Shown here one piece after another: positions 35,515 through 47,250 of a stretch of DNA of 64,000 nucleotides. The position numbers and the translations under genes were made by a program. The notes under the pieces were generated by a model. That model saw only the letters and a list, made by a program, of their open reading frames with translations. It ran no database searches and had not been told where the DNA came from. The stretch is from Candidatus Lambdaproteobacteria bacterium (lineage in GTDB: Bacteria > SAR324 > JACQKK01): assembly GCA_016204605.1 (NCBI GenBank), contig JACQKK010000005.1, forward strand, positions 3,802-67,801, read 5' to 3'. Position 1 is the stretch's first letter, and every line of letters starts with the position of its first letter.

Positions 35515-36652
35515 GGGCCGGGAAAAGCCGCGCCACCGCTACTTCGCCTCCACCCCGCGCGGGCTCGAAGAGGTGCTGCTCGCGGAGCTCCAGGCGCTGG
35601 GGCTGGAGGAGTGCCGCTCCGTGCCGGGCGGCGCCTACTTCGAGGGGCCACTCGACGCGTGCTACCGGGCCAACCTCTGGCTGCGCAGCGCCGTGCGCGT
35701 GCTGCGCATCGTGGCGGAGTTTCCCTGCCGCGACGAGCGGGAGCTGTACGAGCAGGTGTGGAAGCTGCCCTGGCACCAGCACATGGCCGTGGAACAGACC
35801 CTTGCGGTGCGCGCCCGGCTGGGCCGCACGCCGATCGGCCACTCCCACTACGCCGCGCTCAAGATCAAGGACGCCATCGTGGATCGGTTCCGGGCCGATT
35901 TCCGGAGCCGCCCCAACATCGATGCGCGCCAGCCGGATATCCAGGTGCACGCCTGGATCGATGACGAGCGTTGCACGCTGGGGGTAGACGGCTCCGGCTG
36001 GCCGCTCTTCATGCGCGGCTACCGGGCGGAGGAGGGCGCCGCGCCCCTCAAGGAGAACCTGGCAGCCGGGCTGATCGCGCTCACCGGCTGGCACGGCGAG
36101 CGGCCCTTCTACGACCCGATGTGCGGCTCCGGCACCCTGCCGATCGAGGCCGCGCTGATCGCCGGGCGCCGCGCGCCGGGCCTGCTGCGGGGCCGCTTCG
36201 GCTTCCAGAGCTGGCCCGATTTCCACGCGGCCGAGTGGAAGGCCATCCAGGCGGAGGCCCGGGCCGCGGCCCGGCCCATCGCGGTGCCCATCATGGCCGC
36301 CGATCGGGACGCGGCGGCCGTGCGCCAGGCGCGGCAGAACGCCGGGCATGCCGGCGTGGCCGACGCCATCGCGTTCTCCACGGCGCCGATCGAAAGCTTC
36401 CAGCCCCTGCCCCAGGGCGGGCTGCTGCTGATCAATCCGCCCTACGGCGAACGGCTGGAGCGCAACGCCGGACTCGCGCCGCTCTACAAGCGCCTGGGCG
36501 ATATCCTCAAGCACCGCTGCACGGGGATGGACGCCTACATCTTCACCCTGCACGGGGAGCTGGCGAAGGCCATCGGCCTGCGCCCCTCCCGCCGCCACAT
36601 CCTCTTCAACGGCCCGCTCGAGTGCCGCCTGCTGCGCTACCAGATGTATTGA
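35480..36652 (+). CDS. THUMP-domain class I SAM-dependent RNA methyltransferase (RlmL N-terminal-like, COG0116)
   Basis: YFASTPRGLEEVLLAELQALG...ALKIKDAIVDRF...PLKENLAAGLIALTGW...FYDPMCGSGTLPIEAAL...LLLINPPYGERL. It overlaps the rsfS 3' end by 35 nt if the ATG at 35480 is used. Confidence 0.8.
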   Translation: MARPRTPPRLLKGREKPRHRYFASTPRGLEEVLLAELQALGLEECRSVPGGAYFEGPLDACYRANLWLRSAVRVLRIVAEFPCRDERELYEQVWKLPWHQHMAVEQTLAVRARLGRTPIGHSHYAALKIKDAIVDRFRADFRSRPNIDARQPDIQVHAWIDDERCTLGVDGSGWPLFMRGYRAEEGAAPLKENLAAGLIALTGWHGERPFYDPMCGSGTLPIEAALIAGRRAPGLLRGRFGFQSWPDFHAAEWKAIQAEARAAARPIAVPIMAADRDAAAVRQARQNAGHAGVADAIAFSTAPIESFQPLPQGGLLLINPPYGERLERNAGLAPLYKRLGDILKHRCTGMDAYIFTLHGELAKAIGLRPSRRHILFNGPLECRLLRYQMY

Positions 36653-36780
36653 TACATGACTCGGACCTCCGCAAACCGCCTTCCTGGGGCGCGGCGCACG
36701 GCCACACCCTCCCCGACCCTCCCTCACCTGGAAGGAGAAGGTGGAAGCCCCGAACCAGCCACCCGCGCAGGCTGCCATCA

Positions 36781-36847
36781 CCCCTCCTCACTTGGTGGGG
36801 AGAGGCAGGGGTGGGGACGCCGCGCCAGCGGCGGGGGGTGAGGCTGT
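36781..36847. repeat. REP-like intergenic repeat, family A, copy 2
   Basis: cccctcctcacttggtggggagaggcaggggtggggacgccgcgccagcggcggggggtgaggctg closely matches 2094-2166. Confidence 0.8.
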
Positions 36848-36866
36848 CGGCCAGGGTGCCCCAAAG

Positions 36867-37685
36867 TCAGCGCAGCGACTCGCGAAACCAGTGCAGCTCC
36901 GACTCGCGCAGGTCGCTGACGAACATGTGGCCGGGGGCGTGGGTGATGGCGAGGGGCAGCTTCGCCCGCAGCAGCGCCTCCTGGGGCGTGACGCCGCAGG
37001 CCCAGAACACGGGGAGCTCCCCCGCCTCGATCGGCACGGGGTCACCGTACTCGGGGCGGGCCAGGTCGGCGATGCCGATCGCCGCCGGCTCGCCCTGGTG
37101 GATGGGCGCCCCGTGCACCTCGGGGAAGGCGCCGGTCACCAGCGTGGCCCGCAGCGCATCGGCGGGCCGGAACGGCCGCATCGAAACCACCAGCGGACCG
37201 GAGAACGGCCCCGCGCTGCGGCAGGGAATCGACGTGCGGTACATGGGCACGTTGCAGCCGCAACGCAGGTGGCGCACCTCCAGCCCCGCCGCGAGCAGCG
37301 GCTGCTCGAAGCTGAAGCTGCAGCCGAGCAGGAACGACACGAAATCGCCGCGCCACAGGTCGCGCACCTCGCTGCGCTCCTCGCTCATCACCCCGTCGCG
37401 GAACACCCGGTAGCGGGGCAGATCGGTGCGCAGATCGGCGCCCGGCGCCAGCCGGGGCGGCGCCGTCGCGCCTGCCTCCACCACCTCCAGCAGCGGGCAG
37501 GGCTTGGGGTTGCGCTGGCAGAACAGCAGGAAATCGAACGCCGCCTCCCGCGGCACCACGACCAGGTTGGCCTGCACGTAGCCGGGCGCCTGCCCGGAGG
37601 TCTGGCCGGTGAAGCGCCCGGCCCGGATCTCGCGGCGAAGCGCCCGCGCCGATGCCACTGCCCGTTCCAGCTCGACCGTGCCCAT
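36867..37685 (-). CDS. Putative hydro-lyase (DUF1445/UPF0317 family)
   Basis: [38 protein letters not shown]...[10 protein letters not shown]...[14 protein letters not shown]...NVPMYRT...LVVSMRP...HGAPIH...[11 protein letters not shown] matches this family's conserved blocks. Confidence 0.8.
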   Translation of the reverse strand: MGTVELERAVASARALRREIRAGRFTGQTSGQAPGYVQANLVVVPREAAFDFLLFCQRNPKPCPLLEVVEAGATAPPRLAPGADLRTDLPRYRVFRDGVMSEERSEVRDLWRGDFVSFLLGCSFSFEQPLLAAGLEVRHLRCGCNVPMYRTSIPCRSAGPFSGPLVVSMRPFRPADALRATLVTGAFPEVHGAPIHQGEPAAIGIADLARPEYGDPVPIEAGELPVFWACGVTPQEALLRAKLPLAITHAPGHMFVSDLRESELHWFRESLR

Positions 37686-37968
37686 CTGCGCCTGCCCCGT
37701 ATGATGGCCCGCCACGATGGCCCCGTTGGACGACCCCGTGCCCATCCACGCTAGCATCCCCGCCCGCCCGCGGCCAAGAGGGCGCCGCGACCGGCGCACG
37801 GGGCGCCGCGCAGCGACGGAATCCGCGCGCTGCGCTCGTTCAACGGTGCACAGGTGGAATGGGCGCAGCGGGTACAGTTGGCGCGTGGAAAGGTGTAGGA
37901 TGGAGCGGATGCCCGATTAGCATCGGCCGCGCGGGGGCGCGACCGCCGCCGGTGGGGGGGCGGGCTGT

Positions 37969-38610
37969 GTGCGGAGCTGGGCGCGCGTCCACCGAGACCA
38001 ACCGCTGCGAAAGAAGACTGACGGCGTGGAGCTGGAGCCGCTCAAGGATCAGCAGGCCCGGGATGCGGAGCTCACGCTGATGCGGCGCGTGGCGGCAGGC
38101 GATCCCCAGGCGTGCGCCGAACTGGTCGATCAGCACCTGCGCCGGGTCACGCGGTTCGCCTACCGCATGCTCGGCAGCCTGGCGGAAGCCGAGGACTTGA
38201 GCCAGGAAGTGTTCCTGCGGCTCTGGCGCCACGCGGGCCGCTGGGAGCCCAGGGCGCGGCTGGCGACGTGGCTGCACCGGGTCGCCTACAACCTGTGTCT
38301 GGACGTCTTGCGGCGGCGCCGGAACGTCGCCCTGGACGACGTGCCCGAGCCGGCCGACCCGGGGATCGGGCCGGCGGACGCTCTGCTGCAGGAGCAGATC
38401 GCGCGGGCGGTCGAAGCCGCCTTGGCCCGCCTGCCCGAACGGCAGCGGGCCGCGCTGGTGCTCGTGCACTACGAAGGCCTCAGCGGGGTCGAGGCGGCCG
38501 AGGCCCTCGCGTGCAGCGAAGAAGCGCTGGAATCGCTGCTGGCCCGCGGGCGTCGTACCCTCCGCCAACGGCTGGCGAACCTTCGGAACGAGAGGAGCGG
38601 CATGCCATGA
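37969..38610 (+). CDS. ECF-type RNA polymerase sigma factor
   Basis: Region 2: AEDLSQEVFLRLWRHAGRWEPRARLATWLHRVAYNLCLDVLRRR. Region 4: LPERQRAALVLVHYEGLSGVEAAEALACSEEALESLLARGRRTLR. The start is uncertain (GTG at 37969 or a later codon). Confidence 0.85.
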   Translation: MRSWARVHRDQPLRKKTDGVELEPLKDQQARDAELTLMRRVAAGDPQACAELVDQHLRRVTRFAYRMLGSLAEAEDLSQEVFLRLWRHAGRWEPRARLATWLHRVAYNLCLDVLRRRRNVALDDVPEPADPGIGPADALLQEQIARAVEAALARLPERQRAALVLVHYEGLSGVEAAEALACSEEALESLLARGRRTLRQRLANLRNERSGMP

Positions 38611-39116
38611 GCGAACACACCCCATCGCTCCCGGGCGAGCGCGATACGGAAACAGAAGATACCGCCATGAGGATCGAGCGCCTCGACGCGCTGTTGCTGG
38701 CCTATGGCGCCAGCCCGGCGGCGTGGCCGCCCCCGGAGCGCGCGGCCGCGCTCGCGCTCGTCGGGCGCTCCGCCGCCGCGGCCGCCCGGTTGAACGAGGC
38801 CGCGGCGCTCGATGCGCTGCTGGAACGCGCCCGGGCTCCCGAGCCGTCCCGCGGATTGCGGGCGCGCGTATTGGCGGCCGCGCCCCGCGGCTGGCCGGCC
38901 TGGGGCGCCCGGGTGCGGCTGGGGGCGTACGCGGTGTGGCCATTCGGCCCGCTCTGGCGCCCGGCCCTGGCCCTGATGGTCGCCGCGGTGCTGGGGGCGG
39001 TGATCGGCACGGTGGCCTCCCCGACCCGGATGTTCACCGCCGATGCCGCGCCGGTCGCCGAGGAGATCGCCACGCTGGCATTCGGACCGCACTTCGGCCT
39101 GGAGCGAGAGGAATGA
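38607..39116 (+). CDS. Putative anti-sigma factor (single-pass membrane protein)
   Basis: Translationally coupled to the sigma gene (ATGA overlap). It has one TM segment (LALMVAAVLGAVIGTV). The call rests mainly on position. Confidence 0.5.
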   Translation: MSEHTPSLPGERDTETEDTAMRIERLDALLLAYGASPAAWPPPERAAALALVGRSAAAAARLNEAAALDALLERARAPEPSRGLRARVLAAAPRGWPAWGARVRLGAYAVWPFGPLWRPALALMVAAVLGAVIGTVASPTRMFTADAAPVAEEIATLAFGPHFGLEREE

Positions 39117-39589
39117 AGTCCCTGCGATCCAATCCCTGGGCGCTGGCCCTGCTGGCCTCGCTGGTGCTGAACCTGTTTCTGGCGGGGCTGCTCGCCGGGC
39201 GGATTCTCTCGAGCGCGGACAGGATGGATGCCATGTTCCGGCATTACACCATGCGCTGGGCGACGCGGGTGCTGGGCGACGAGGGCCGGCCGCTGATGGA
39301 CCAGGTGTGGAGCCGGCACAACAGCCGGCTGGAGCCCAGGCTGCAGGAGCTGCGGGCCTCCCGGAAGGGCGTCGCCGACGTGCTGGCCACGGAGCCCTTC
39401 GACGCGCAGGCCCTGGCGCGGGCGTTCGATCGGCTGAGCGCCGCGACGCAGGCCGCCCAGCAGGCCCTCCATCCCGCGCTGGTGGAGCTGGCGGGGCTGC
39501 TCACGCCAGCGCAGCGCAAGCGGCTGGCCGCCGCCGACTACCGCAAGTCCTCCTCCCCCAAGTCCGGCGCGGAACCGCCCCGGAAATGA
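39113..39589 (+). CDS. Periplasmic LTXXQ-motif (Spy/CpxP/ZraP-like) protein
   Basis: Signal/anchor segment WALALLASLVLNLFLAGLLAG, a helical body and LLTPAQRKRL (LTXXQ). Coupled to the anti-sigma gene (ATGA overlap). Confidence 0.65.
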   Translation: MKSLRSNPWALALLASLVLNLFLAGLLAGRILSSADRMDAMFRHYTMRWATRVLGDEGRPLMDQVWSRHNSRLEPRLQELRASRKGVADVLATEPFDAQALARAFDRLSAATQAAQQALHPALVELAGLLTPAQRKRLAAADYRKSSSPKSGAEPPRK

Positions 39590-39675
39590 CGCCCGCGCCG
39601 GGAGAACGCGATCACCCGCACCCTCCCCCACAGGTTTCCGTGAGGGGCCGGGGCAGGGAGTAGAGACACGATACC

Positions 39676-41409
39676 ATGACCCCCATCACCCACCTGCTCG
39701 CCTGGCCGGCGCGCGTGCTCGCAAGCCCGGAGCGCGCCGCCATCCGCCGTGCCCTGGTCGGGAGCGTGGCCGCAGCCATCGCGTTGGCCGCCGGCGGCGC
39801 GTATTACGCGCTTGCCCTCCGGCAGAACGAGGGGCCCGGCTACCGGCTGGCCAAGGCGGAACGCGGGGAGATCCTGAGCACGGTTTCGGCCTCCGGGTCG
39901 CTCAGTGCGGTGACCACGGTGCTGGTTGGCTCCCAGGTGTCGGGCCAGATCGCGGAGCTGAACGTCGATTTCAACTCTCCCGTCAAGGCGGGTGCGGTCA
40001 TCGCGCGCATCGACCCCTCGAACTTCGCCTCCAAGGTGCGCGAGGCGGAGGCACAGCTCGGCGTCTCCCGGGCCAACGCCGCCAAGGAACGGGCCACGGT
40101 GGCCCGCACCGAGGCGGATCTCGTCAACGGTCGCGCCGCCCACAACGCGGCGCTGGCCGACGTGGAAAAAAGCCGCGTGCTCGTCGCCAACGCGCGGCTC
40201 GCGTATGCCCGGCAGCGCGAGCTGTTCGCCCGCGGCATCATCGCCCAGAGCGACGTGGACGATGCGCGCACGGCCGCCGAATCCAGCCAGGCCCAGCTCA
40301 ACTCCTCCGACGCCAACGCCAAGGCCGCGGCCTCCGTGGTGCAGTCCCGCGAGGCGCAGATCAGGATGCAGCAGGCCCAGGTGCAGTATGCGGAGGCGCT
40401 GGTGCTGCAGCAGCAGGCCGCGCTCCAGACGGCCCGCATCGACCTGGAGCGGACGGTGATCCGCTCGCCGGTGGATGGCGTGGTGATCGACCGCAGCGTC
40501 GACGTGGGCCAGACGGTGGCCGCCAGCCTGCAGGCGCCCACGTTGTTCACCATTGCCCAGGATCTGCGCAAGATGCAGGTCAACGCCAACGTGGACGAGG
40601 CCGATATCGGCCGCGTACGTGTCGGGGAGCCCACGACTTTCACGGTGGATTCCTTCCCCGGCGTGGAGTTCGGCGGGGAGGTGGTGCAGATCCGCAAGGC
40701 CCCGCAGGTGGTGCAGAACGTGGTGACCTACTACGTCATCATCTCGGCCGACAACCCCGATCTCAGGCTGTTGCCGGGCATGACGGCGAACGTGCGCATC
40801 ATCGTGGAGCGGCGCCCCTCGGCGCTGAAGGTGCCCAACGCGGCGCTGCGCTACCGGCCGCCGGGGGAGACCGGCTCCGCCGTCTCGGGCGCGGCGCTCG
40901 CCCAGCCCGGCCAGCCCGGCGGCGGTGCGGCCGAGGGCGGCGCCGGCAGCGGGCGCGGGAACTCCGAGGAACGCCTGGCCGCCCTGACGCGCCAGCTGAA
41001 GCTCTCCGAGGAGCAGCGCCAGCAGGTGCGGGCCATCTTCAGCGAGACCGGCCCCAAGTTCCGCGCCCTGCGCGAGCAGGGGCTCGGCCCCGACGAGATG
41101 CGCCAGGAGCGGCAGCGCATCGTGAACGAGAACACCGAGGCCATCGCCAGCATGCTCACGCCCGAGCAGCGCGAGCAGTTCCGCCAGCTGCGCGCCCGCC
41201 GGGCCGGACAGAGCCTGACGCCGGGCCAGCTGTGGACGCTCGCCGACTCCGGCACGCCGCAGCGCCTGGCCGTGCTGACGGGCATCAGCGACGGCCAGTT
41301 CACCGAAGTCGTCCGGGGCGAGCTGCGCGAAGGGATGCAGGTGATCACGGGCGGCGGCCCGGTCCCGAAAGCCGCCACCAGCGGCAGCGGCCCGCGCCTG
41401 AGGTTTTGA
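39676..41409 (+). CDS. MacA-like periplasmic adaptor (HlyD/RND MFP family) with an internal LTXXQ-motif insertion
   Basis: Includes the lipoyl/hairpin/barrel pattern ([32 protein letters not shown]...coiled coil...[20 protein letters not shown]...[16 protein letters not shown]), then a roughly 120-aa Gly/Gln-rich insert with [10 protein letters not shown] and [10 protein letters not shown]. The final strands are [24 protein letters not shown]. Confidence 0.8.
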   Translation: MTPITHLLAWPARVLASPERAAIRRALVGSVAAAIALAAGGAYYALALRQNEGPGYRLAKAERGEILSTVSASGSLSAVTTVLVGSQVSGQIAELNVDFNSPVKAGAVIARIDPSNFASKVREAEAQLGVSRANAAKERATVARTEADLVNGRAAHNAALADVEKSRVLVANARLAYARQRELFARGIIAQSDVDDARTAAESSQAQLNSSDANAKAAASVVQSREAQIRMQQAQVQYAEALVLQQQAALQTARIDLERTVIRSPVDGVVIDRSVDVGQTVAASLQAPTLFTIAQDLRKMQVNANVDEADIGRVRVGEPTTFTVDSFPGVEFGGEVVQIRKAPQVVQNVVTYYVIISADNPDLRLLPGMTANVRIIVERRPSALKVPNAALRYRPPGETGSAVSGAALAQPGQPGGGAAEGGAGSGRGNSEERLAALTRQLKLSEEQRQQVRAIFSETGPKFRALREQGLGPDEMRQERQRIVNENTEAIASMLTPEQREQFRQLRARRAGQSLTPGQLWTLADSGTPQRLAVLTGISDGQFTEVVRGELREGMQVITGGGPVPKAATSGSGPRLRF

Positions 41410-41410
41410 G

Positions 41411-42160
41411 ATGGCCACCGCGCTGATCGAGACCCTGCGGCTGTGCAAGCAATACCGCATGGGGACGCAGGTGCTGCCGGCGCTTCGCGACGTGACGGTG
41501 CGTGTCGAGCGGGGGGAGTTCGTCGCCGTGATGGGACCCTCGGGCTCCGGCAAGTCCACCTTCATGAACCTGCTGGGCGGCCTGGATCAGCCCACTTCCG
41601 GCGGTTACCTGCTCGACGGGGCCGACGTCGGGCGGCTGAGCGGCCTCGACCTTGCGCGCATCCGCAACCAGAAGATCGGCTTCGTCTTCCAGTCGTTCAA
41701 CCTGCTCGCCCGCACCACGGCGCTCGACAACGTGGCGCTGCCGCTGGTCTACTCGCGGGTGCCCCGCCGCGAGCGGCGCGCGCGCGCCGAGCGAGCGCTG
41801 GAGAGCGTGGGGCTCAGCGACCGCAAGCACCATCTGCCCACGCAGCTTTCCGGCGGCCAGCAGCAGCGGGTGGCGATCGCCCGGGCGCTGGTGAACCACC
41901 CGCTGCTGATCCTGGCCGATGAGCCCACGGGCGCGCTCGACAGCCGCACCGGCGAGGAGATCATGGCGCTGTTCGAGCGGCTGAACGGCGAGGGCAACAC
42001 CATCGTGCTGGTCACGCACGAGCCCGATATCGCGGCCCATGCCGACCGCATGCTGCGCTTCCTCGATGGGCGCCTCGTCTCCGATGCGCGCGTGGAGCGC
42101 GCCGCCGGGGCGTTCCCGGCGGAGCGGAGCGCGTCGTTGCCGGAGGGACTGCCCGCATGA
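41411..42160 (+). CDS. MacB/LolD-type ABC transporter ATP-binding protein
   Basis: Walker [10 protein letters not shown], signature [15 protein letters not shown], Walker [12 protein letters not shown]. Confidence 0.9.
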   Translation: MATALIETLRLCKQYRMGTQVLPALRDVTVRVERGEFVAVMGPSGSGKSTFMNLLGGLDQPTSGGYLLDGADVGRLSGLDLARIRNQKIGFVFQSFNLLARTTALDNVALPLVYSRVPRRERRARAERALESVGLSDRKHHLPTQLSGGQQQRVAIARALVNHPLLILADEPTGALDSRTGEEIMALFERLNGEGNTIVLVTHEPDIAAHADRMLRFLDGRLVSDARVERAAGAFPAERSASLPEGLPA

Positions 42161-43389
42161 GCTTCGGCGACTCCATCCTGACCGCGCTCGGCGCATTGAA
42201 GCTCAACGCCATGCGCAGCGTGCTCACGATGCTCGGCATCATCATCGGCGTGGCGGCCGTGATCACGATGGTCGCCGTGGGCGCCGGCGCCGAGGCGCGC
42301 GTGGCCGAGCAGATCCGCAGCCTGGGCTCGAACCTGATCATCGTGCTCTCGGGCAGCGCCTCGGCCGGCGGCGCCCGGCTGGGCTCGGGCTCCCAGCTCT
42401 CCATCACGGAGGACGATGCGGCCGCGATCCAGCGCGAGGTGTCCCCGGTTCAATACGCGGCCCCCAGCGTGCGGGGCTCGGCCCAGGTGGTGAGCGGCAA
42501 CCAGAACGTCTCGACGAGCGTGCAGGGCATCACCCCGGATTACCTGGAGGTGCGCGAGTGGAGCATCACCTCGGGCCGGGGCTTCACGCCCGACGAGATG
42601 CGGAGCGCCGGCAAGGTGGCCCTGCTTGGCCAGACCGTGGTGGACAACCTGTTTCCCGGCCAGGACCCCCTGGGCCAGTCCATCCGCATCAAGAAGGTGC
42701 CGCTGCGGGTGATCGGGACCTTGGAGCGCAAGGGGCAGAGCATGATGGGCCAGGATCAGGACGACCTGATTCTGGTGCCGATCGCAACGGCCAAGACCCG
42801 CGTGCTGGGCGGCAACCGCTTCAAGGGGCGCGCCGTGAGCGCCATCATGGTCAAGGTGCGCGAGGGCGAAGACATGGCCGCGGCCGAGGAGGAGCTGAAG
42901 AACCTGCTCCGCCAGCGCCACCGCATCCAGGCCGGCCAGCCCGACGACTTCTACGTGCGCAACCTCTCCGAGATCATGCAGGCGCGCGAGGCTTCCTCGC
43001 GCGTGCTGAAGCTGCTGCTGGCCGCGGTGGCCTCGGTCTCGCTGCTGGTCGGCGGGATCGGCATCATGAACATCATGCTGGTCTCCGTGACCGAGCGCAC
43101 GCGCGAGATCGGCCTGCGGCTCGCCGTGGGCGCCTCCGGTCGCGCCGTGCAGACCCAGTTCCTGGTCGAGGCGGTCACGCTGGCGCTGATCGGGGGGCTG
43201 ATCGGGATCGCCCTCGGCATCGGCTCCGCCATGGTGATCGCCCGGCTCGCCGACTGGCCCACCCTGCTCCAGCCGAGCTCGATCGCGCTGGCGTTCGGAT
43301 TCTCCGGGGCGGTGGGCATCTTCTTCGGCTACTACCCGGCGCGCAAGGCCGCCGGCCTCAACCCCATCGACGCGCTGAGGCACGAGTGA
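42157..43389 (+). CDS. MacB-type ABC transporter permease (FtsX-like with periplasmic domain)
   Basis: [18 protein letters not shown]..., a large periplasmic domain, then the FtsX-type C-terminal bundle [13 protein letters not shown]...[20 protein letters not shown]. Confidence 0.9.
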   Translation: MSFGDSILTALGALKLNAMRSVLTMLGIIIGVAAVITMVAVGAGAEARVAEQIRSLGSNLIIVLSGSASAGGARLGSGSQLSITEDDAAAIQREVSPVQYAAPSVRGSAQVVSGNQNVSTSVQGITPDYLEVREWSITSGRGFTPDEMRSAGKVALLGQTVVDNLFPGQDPLGQSIRIKKVPLRVIGTLERKGQSMMGQDQDDLILVPIATAKTRVLGGNRFKGRAVSAIMVKVREGEDMAAAEEELKNLLRQRHRIQAGQPDDFYVRNLSEIMQAREASSRVLKLLLAAVASVSLLVGGIGIMNIMLVSVTERTREIGLRLAVGASGRAVQTQFLVEAVTLALIGGLIGIALGIGSAMVIARLADWPTLLQPSSIALAFGFSGAVGIFFGYYPARKAAGLNPIDALRHE

Positions 43390-43429
43390 GGGGGCCACGA
43401 ATAGAAGCCAGGGGCAGCCGTGAGCCCGT

Positions 43430-43894
43430 TCATCGGAGCAGCCAGAGCGCGCCCAGCGCGGCGGCGAGCAGGATGAGCCCAGCCAGGGCCGCGTACGTGA
43501 GCAGCCGGTAGAAGGACACCTGGCGCTCGACCCGGATCAGGCGCGTGGCGATCTTGACGATCACCCGCTCGTCGAGCGCCAGCCGGTCGTGGCGCTGCGG
43601 GACTTCGGCCGGCAGCCTCTCCTCGGTGACGAACAGCGGCAGCTCGGGCTCGTCGGGATCGCCCATGAACTTGCCGATGATCACGACATCGCGCGGCACG
43701 CGGCGGTTGGGCCAGAGCCCGAGTTTGACGCTCCGCTGGACTTCGGCCTCCGCGGCGGCGATCGCCCCGCCGATCTCGACCTTGCTCGCGCTGTAGGTGA
43801 GCCACGGCAGGCCCATCGCCTCGCGGCGCCTCTGGTTGCCCGGGAGCCGCTCCTCGAGGATGAACTTTCCGAGAATCGTTCTTCCCAAGCGCAT
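43430..43894 (-). CDS. Hypothetical tail-anchored membrane protein (154 aa)
   Basis: GAGGAG SD before the ATG at 43894, and a single C-terminal TM segment [24 protein letters not shown] recognise no family. Confidence 0.5.
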   Translation of the reverse strand: MRLGRTILGKFILEERLPGNQRRREAMGLPWLTYSASKVEIGGAIAAAEAEVQRSVKLGLWPNRRVPRDVVIIGKFMGDPDEPELPLFVTEERLPAEVPQRHDRLALDERVIVKIATRLIRVERQVSFYRLLTYAALAGLILLAAALGALWLLR

Positions 43895-43947
43895 CGGCTC
43901 CTCACTCGAAACCGCGGCCGGCCGGAGCGGTCCCCGTGGCGTCGCCC

Positions 43948-46900
43948 TCAGGCGCTCGCCGCGCCGGGAGGCGGCGAGGGGCGCAGGGGGGCGTACTGGA
44001 AGCGCTGGCCCTTGGTCGTCTGCAGCGCCAGCACGAGCGCGCGGGCCGCTTCCACCGTGGTGCAATAGGGGATGTTGTAGGTGAGGATCAGCCGGCGCGC
44101 GTGGCTGTGGTCGATGCGCTGGCGGCGCGCGTGGGTGGTGGTGTTGATCACGAGGGCCAGCGTGTCGTCGAGCATGTACTGGATCAGGCTGCCAGGGGTC
44201 AGGCTGCCCGGTTCGCCCATATGGAAGCGGGTCTCGGTGACGTCGGCGAGCCCGGCCTCCATCAGCGCGCGGCGTGTGCCGGGCGTGGCCAGCAGCTTGA
44301 AGCCGAGCCGCTGCAGCGATCCGGCGATGGGCACCACCGCCGCCTTGTCGCCATCGACCACGCCGAGGAAGACGAAGCCCCCGTGGCGCAGCCCGTTCGA
44401 GGCGGCGATCTGCGACTTGAGGTAGGCCTCGGCGAAGGTGGCGCCGCGCCCCATCACTTCGCCCGTCGAGAGCATCTCCGGGCCGAGCGTCAGGTCGCTG
44501 CCGGGGAACTTGGCGAAGGGGAACACGACCTCCTTGACCGCGAAGGGCACCAGCGGCCGGCCGTCGAAGGGCAGGTCGGCCAGTCGTTCGCCGAGCATGA
44601 GGCGGGTGGCCAGCTTGGCCACCGGCACGCCCATGGCCTTGCTCACGAACGGCACCGTGCGCGAGGCGCGCGGGTTGACCTCGATCAGGTACACGCGGCC
44701 GTCCTTGACGGCGAACTGCGCGTTCATCAGCCCCACCACCCCCAGCTCGAGCGCCAGGGCGAAGGACTGGCGGCGGATCTCCTCCTGGATGGCCGGCTCC
44801 AGGCTGTAGGGCGGCAGGGAGCAGGCGCTGTCGCCGGAGTGGATGCCCGCCAGCTCGATGTGCTCCATCATGCCGGCCATGACGGCCTGCCGGCCGTCGG
44901 CCAGCACGTCCACGTCCACCTCGATGGCGCCGCCGAGGAACTTGTCCACCAGCACCGGATGCTCGGGCGCGGCGCGCAGGGCCTCGGCGAACAGCTCGGC
45001 GAGCTGCGCCTCGCTGCGCACCACCTCCATGGCCCGCCCGCCCAGCACGTAGGAGGGGCGCACCAGGATCGGGTAGCCCAGCCGCCGGCCGATCGCGCGG
45101 GCCTCCTCCAGCGAGTGGGCCGTGCCGTGCTCGGGCTGGTTCAGCCCCAGCTTGGTCACCAGCTCGGCGAAGCGCCGGCGGTCCTCGCTGCGGTCGATGC
45201 TGTCGTAGGGGGTGCCGAGCAGGCGCACGCCGGCCTCTTCAAGCTGGCGCGCCAGCTTGAGCGGGGTCTGCCCGCCGAGCTGGACGATCACGCCGGCGGG
45301 CCGCTCGCGGTCGAGCACCTCCATCACGTCCTCGAACGTGATCGGCTCGAAGTAGAGGCGGTCGGAGATGTCGTAGTCGGTCGAGACCGTCTCCGGGTTG
45401 CAGTTGATCATGATCGATTCCCACCCCGCCGCGCGCAGGGCCATCGAGGCGTGCACGCAGCAGTAGTCGAACTCGATCCCCTGGCCGATCCGGTTGGGGC
45501 CGCTGCCCAGGATCACCACCTTGCGCCGGCCGGTGGGCAGCGATTCCGACTCGTCCTCGTAGGTGCTGTAGAAGTAGGGCGTGGCGGCCTCGAACTCCGC
45601 CGCGCAGGTGTCCACCTTCTTGTAGACGGGGCGGACGCCCAGCCGCAGCCGCGCCGCGCGGATCGCCTCCTCGGGCGCTCCCATCAGCCGCGCGATGCGC
45701 CGGTCCGCGAAGCCCCACTGCTTCCAGCGGCGCAGGTCGGCCGCCTCCAGCGCGGGCAGCGCGACCTGCCGGATGCGCCGCTCCTCCTCGACCAGGCTGC
45801 GGATCTGCGCCAGGAACCAGGGGTCGATGGCCGTCAGCCCATACAGGCGCTCGTCGCTCCAGCCCGCGCGCATGGCGTCGGCCAGCACCAGCAGCCGGTC
45901 GGCGGTGGGCCGGGCGAGCCGATCGGCGACGAACCGCTCCCACTCGGCGGGCGAGAGCGGGCCGTAGCCCAGCTCGTCGAGGCCGGAGAGGCCGGTTTCC
46001 ATCGAGCGCAGCGCCTTCTGCAGCGACTCGCGGAAGACGCGCCCGATGGCCATCGCCTCCCCCACCGACTTCATCTGCGTGGTCAGGTGGGGGTCGGTCA
46101 TGGGGAACTTCTCGAAGGTGAAGCGCGGCACCTTCGTCACCACGTAGTCGATGGTGGGCTCGAACGAGGCGGGGGTCATGCGCGTGATGTCGTTCGGCAA
46201 CTCGTCGAGCGTGTAGCCCACCGCCAGCTTGGCGGCGATCTTGGCGATGGGGAAGCCCGTGGCCTTCGAGGCCAGCGCCGAGGAGCGCGAGACGCGCGGG
46301 TTCATCTCGATCACCACCACGTCGCCGTTCCGCGGGTTGACGGCGAACTGGATGTTCGAGCCGCCCGTGTCGACCCCGATCTCGCGGATCACCGCGATCG
46401 AGAGGTCGCGCAGGTGCTGGTACTCGCGGTCGGTGAGGGTCTGCGCCGGGGCCACCGTGATGCTGTCGCCGGTGTGCAGCCCCATCGGGTCCACGTTCTC
46501 GATGGAGCAGATGATGACCACGTTGTCGCGCGTGTCGCGCATCACCTCCAGCTCGTACTCCTTCCAGCCCAGCACCGATTCCTCGATCAGCACCTCGTGG
46601 ATGGGCGAGGCCGTCAGCGCCAGCTCGACCTGCCGCTCCAGCTCCTCCAGCGTGCGGGAGATGCCGCCGCCCGTGCCCCCGAGGGTGAACGAGGGGCGGA
46701 TGATCGCCGGCAGCCCCTGGCGGGCCACGATGGCCTGGGCCTCGGCCACGGAGCGCGCGATGGCGCTCTTGGGCATCGCGATCCCCAGCTTCTCCATGGC
46801 CTTGCGGAACTGCTCGCGATCCTCCGCCTTGTTGATGGCCTCGATGTTGGCGCCGATCAGCCGCACGCCGTACTTCTTCAGCACGCCCTCCTTCTCCAGC

Positions 46901-47202
46901 GCGATGGTCAGGTTGAGCGCCGTCTGCCCGCCCATGGTCGGCAGCAGGGCATCGGGCCGCTCCCGCGCGATCACCGCCTCCAGCGCCTCGACCGTCATGG
47001 GCTCGATGTAGGTCGCGTCCACCAGGTCCGGATCGGTCATGATCGTGGCCGGGTTGCTGTTGACCAGGATCACCCGGTAGCCCTCCTCCTTGAGGGCGCG
47101 GCACGCCTGGGTGCCGGAATAGTCGAACTCGCAGGCCTGCCCGATCACGATGGGGCCGGAGCCGATGATCAGGATCGAACGGAGGTCGGTGCGCTTGGGC
47201 AT
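43948..47202 (-). CDS. carB: Carbamoyl-phosphate synthase large subunit
   Basis: [57 protein letters not shown]... Two ATP-grasp halves and an MGS-like C-terminus, 1084 aa. Confidence 0.95.
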   Translation of the reverse strand: MPKRTDLRSILIIGSGPIVIGQACEFDYSGTQACRALKEEGYRVILVNSNPATIMTDPDLVDATYIEPMTVEALEAVIARERPDALLPTMGGQTALNLTIALEKEGVLKKYGVRLIGANIEAINKAEDREQFRKAMEKLGIAMPKSAIARSVAEAQAIVARQGLPAIIRPSFTLGGTGGGISRTLEELERQVELALTASPIHEVLIEESVLGWKEYELEVMRDTRDNVVIICSIENVDPMGLHTGDSITVAPAQTLTDREYQHLRDLSIAVIREIGVDTGGSNIQFAVNPRNGDVVVIEMNPRVSRSSALASKATGFPIAKIAAKLAVGYTLDELPNDITRMTPASFEPTIDYVVTKVPRFTFEKFPMTDPHLTTQMKSVGEAMAIGRVFRESLQKALRSMETGLSGLDELGYGPLSPAEWERFVADRLARPTADRLLVLADAMRAGWSDERLYGLTAIDPWFLAQIRSLVEEERRIRQVALPALEAADLRRWKQWGFADRRIARLMGAPEEAIRAARLRLGVRPVYKKVDTCAAEFEAATPYFYSTYEDESESLPTGRRKVVILGSGPNRIGQGIEFDYCCVHASMALRAAGWESIMINCNPETVSTDYDISDRLYFEPITFEDVMEVLDRERPAGVIVQLGGQTPLKLARQLEEAGVRLLGTPYDSIDRSEDRRRFAELVTKLGLNQPEHGTAHSLEEARAIGRRLGYPILVRPSYVLGGRAMEVVRSEAQLAELFAEALRAAPEHPVLVDKFLGGAIEVDVDVLADGRQAVMAGMMEHIELAGIHSGDSACSLPPYSLEPAIQEEIRRQSFALALELGVVGLMNAQFAVKDGRVYLIEVNPRASRTVPFVSKAMGVPVAKLATRLMLGERLADLPFDGRPLVPFAVKEVVFPFAKFPGSDLTLGPEMLSTGEVMGRGATFAEAYLKSQIAASNGLRHGGFVFLGVVDGDKAAVVPIAGSLQRLGFKLLATPGTRRALMEAGLADVTETRFHMGEPGSLTPGSLIQYMLDDTLALVINTTTHARRQRIDHSHARRLILTYNIPYCTTVEAARALVLALQTTKGQRFQYAPLRPSPPPGAASA

Positions 47203-47250
47203 GGACTGCCGGGCAATGACGTCGGTTGGCGGGGCGGGTGGGCGTGCTAT

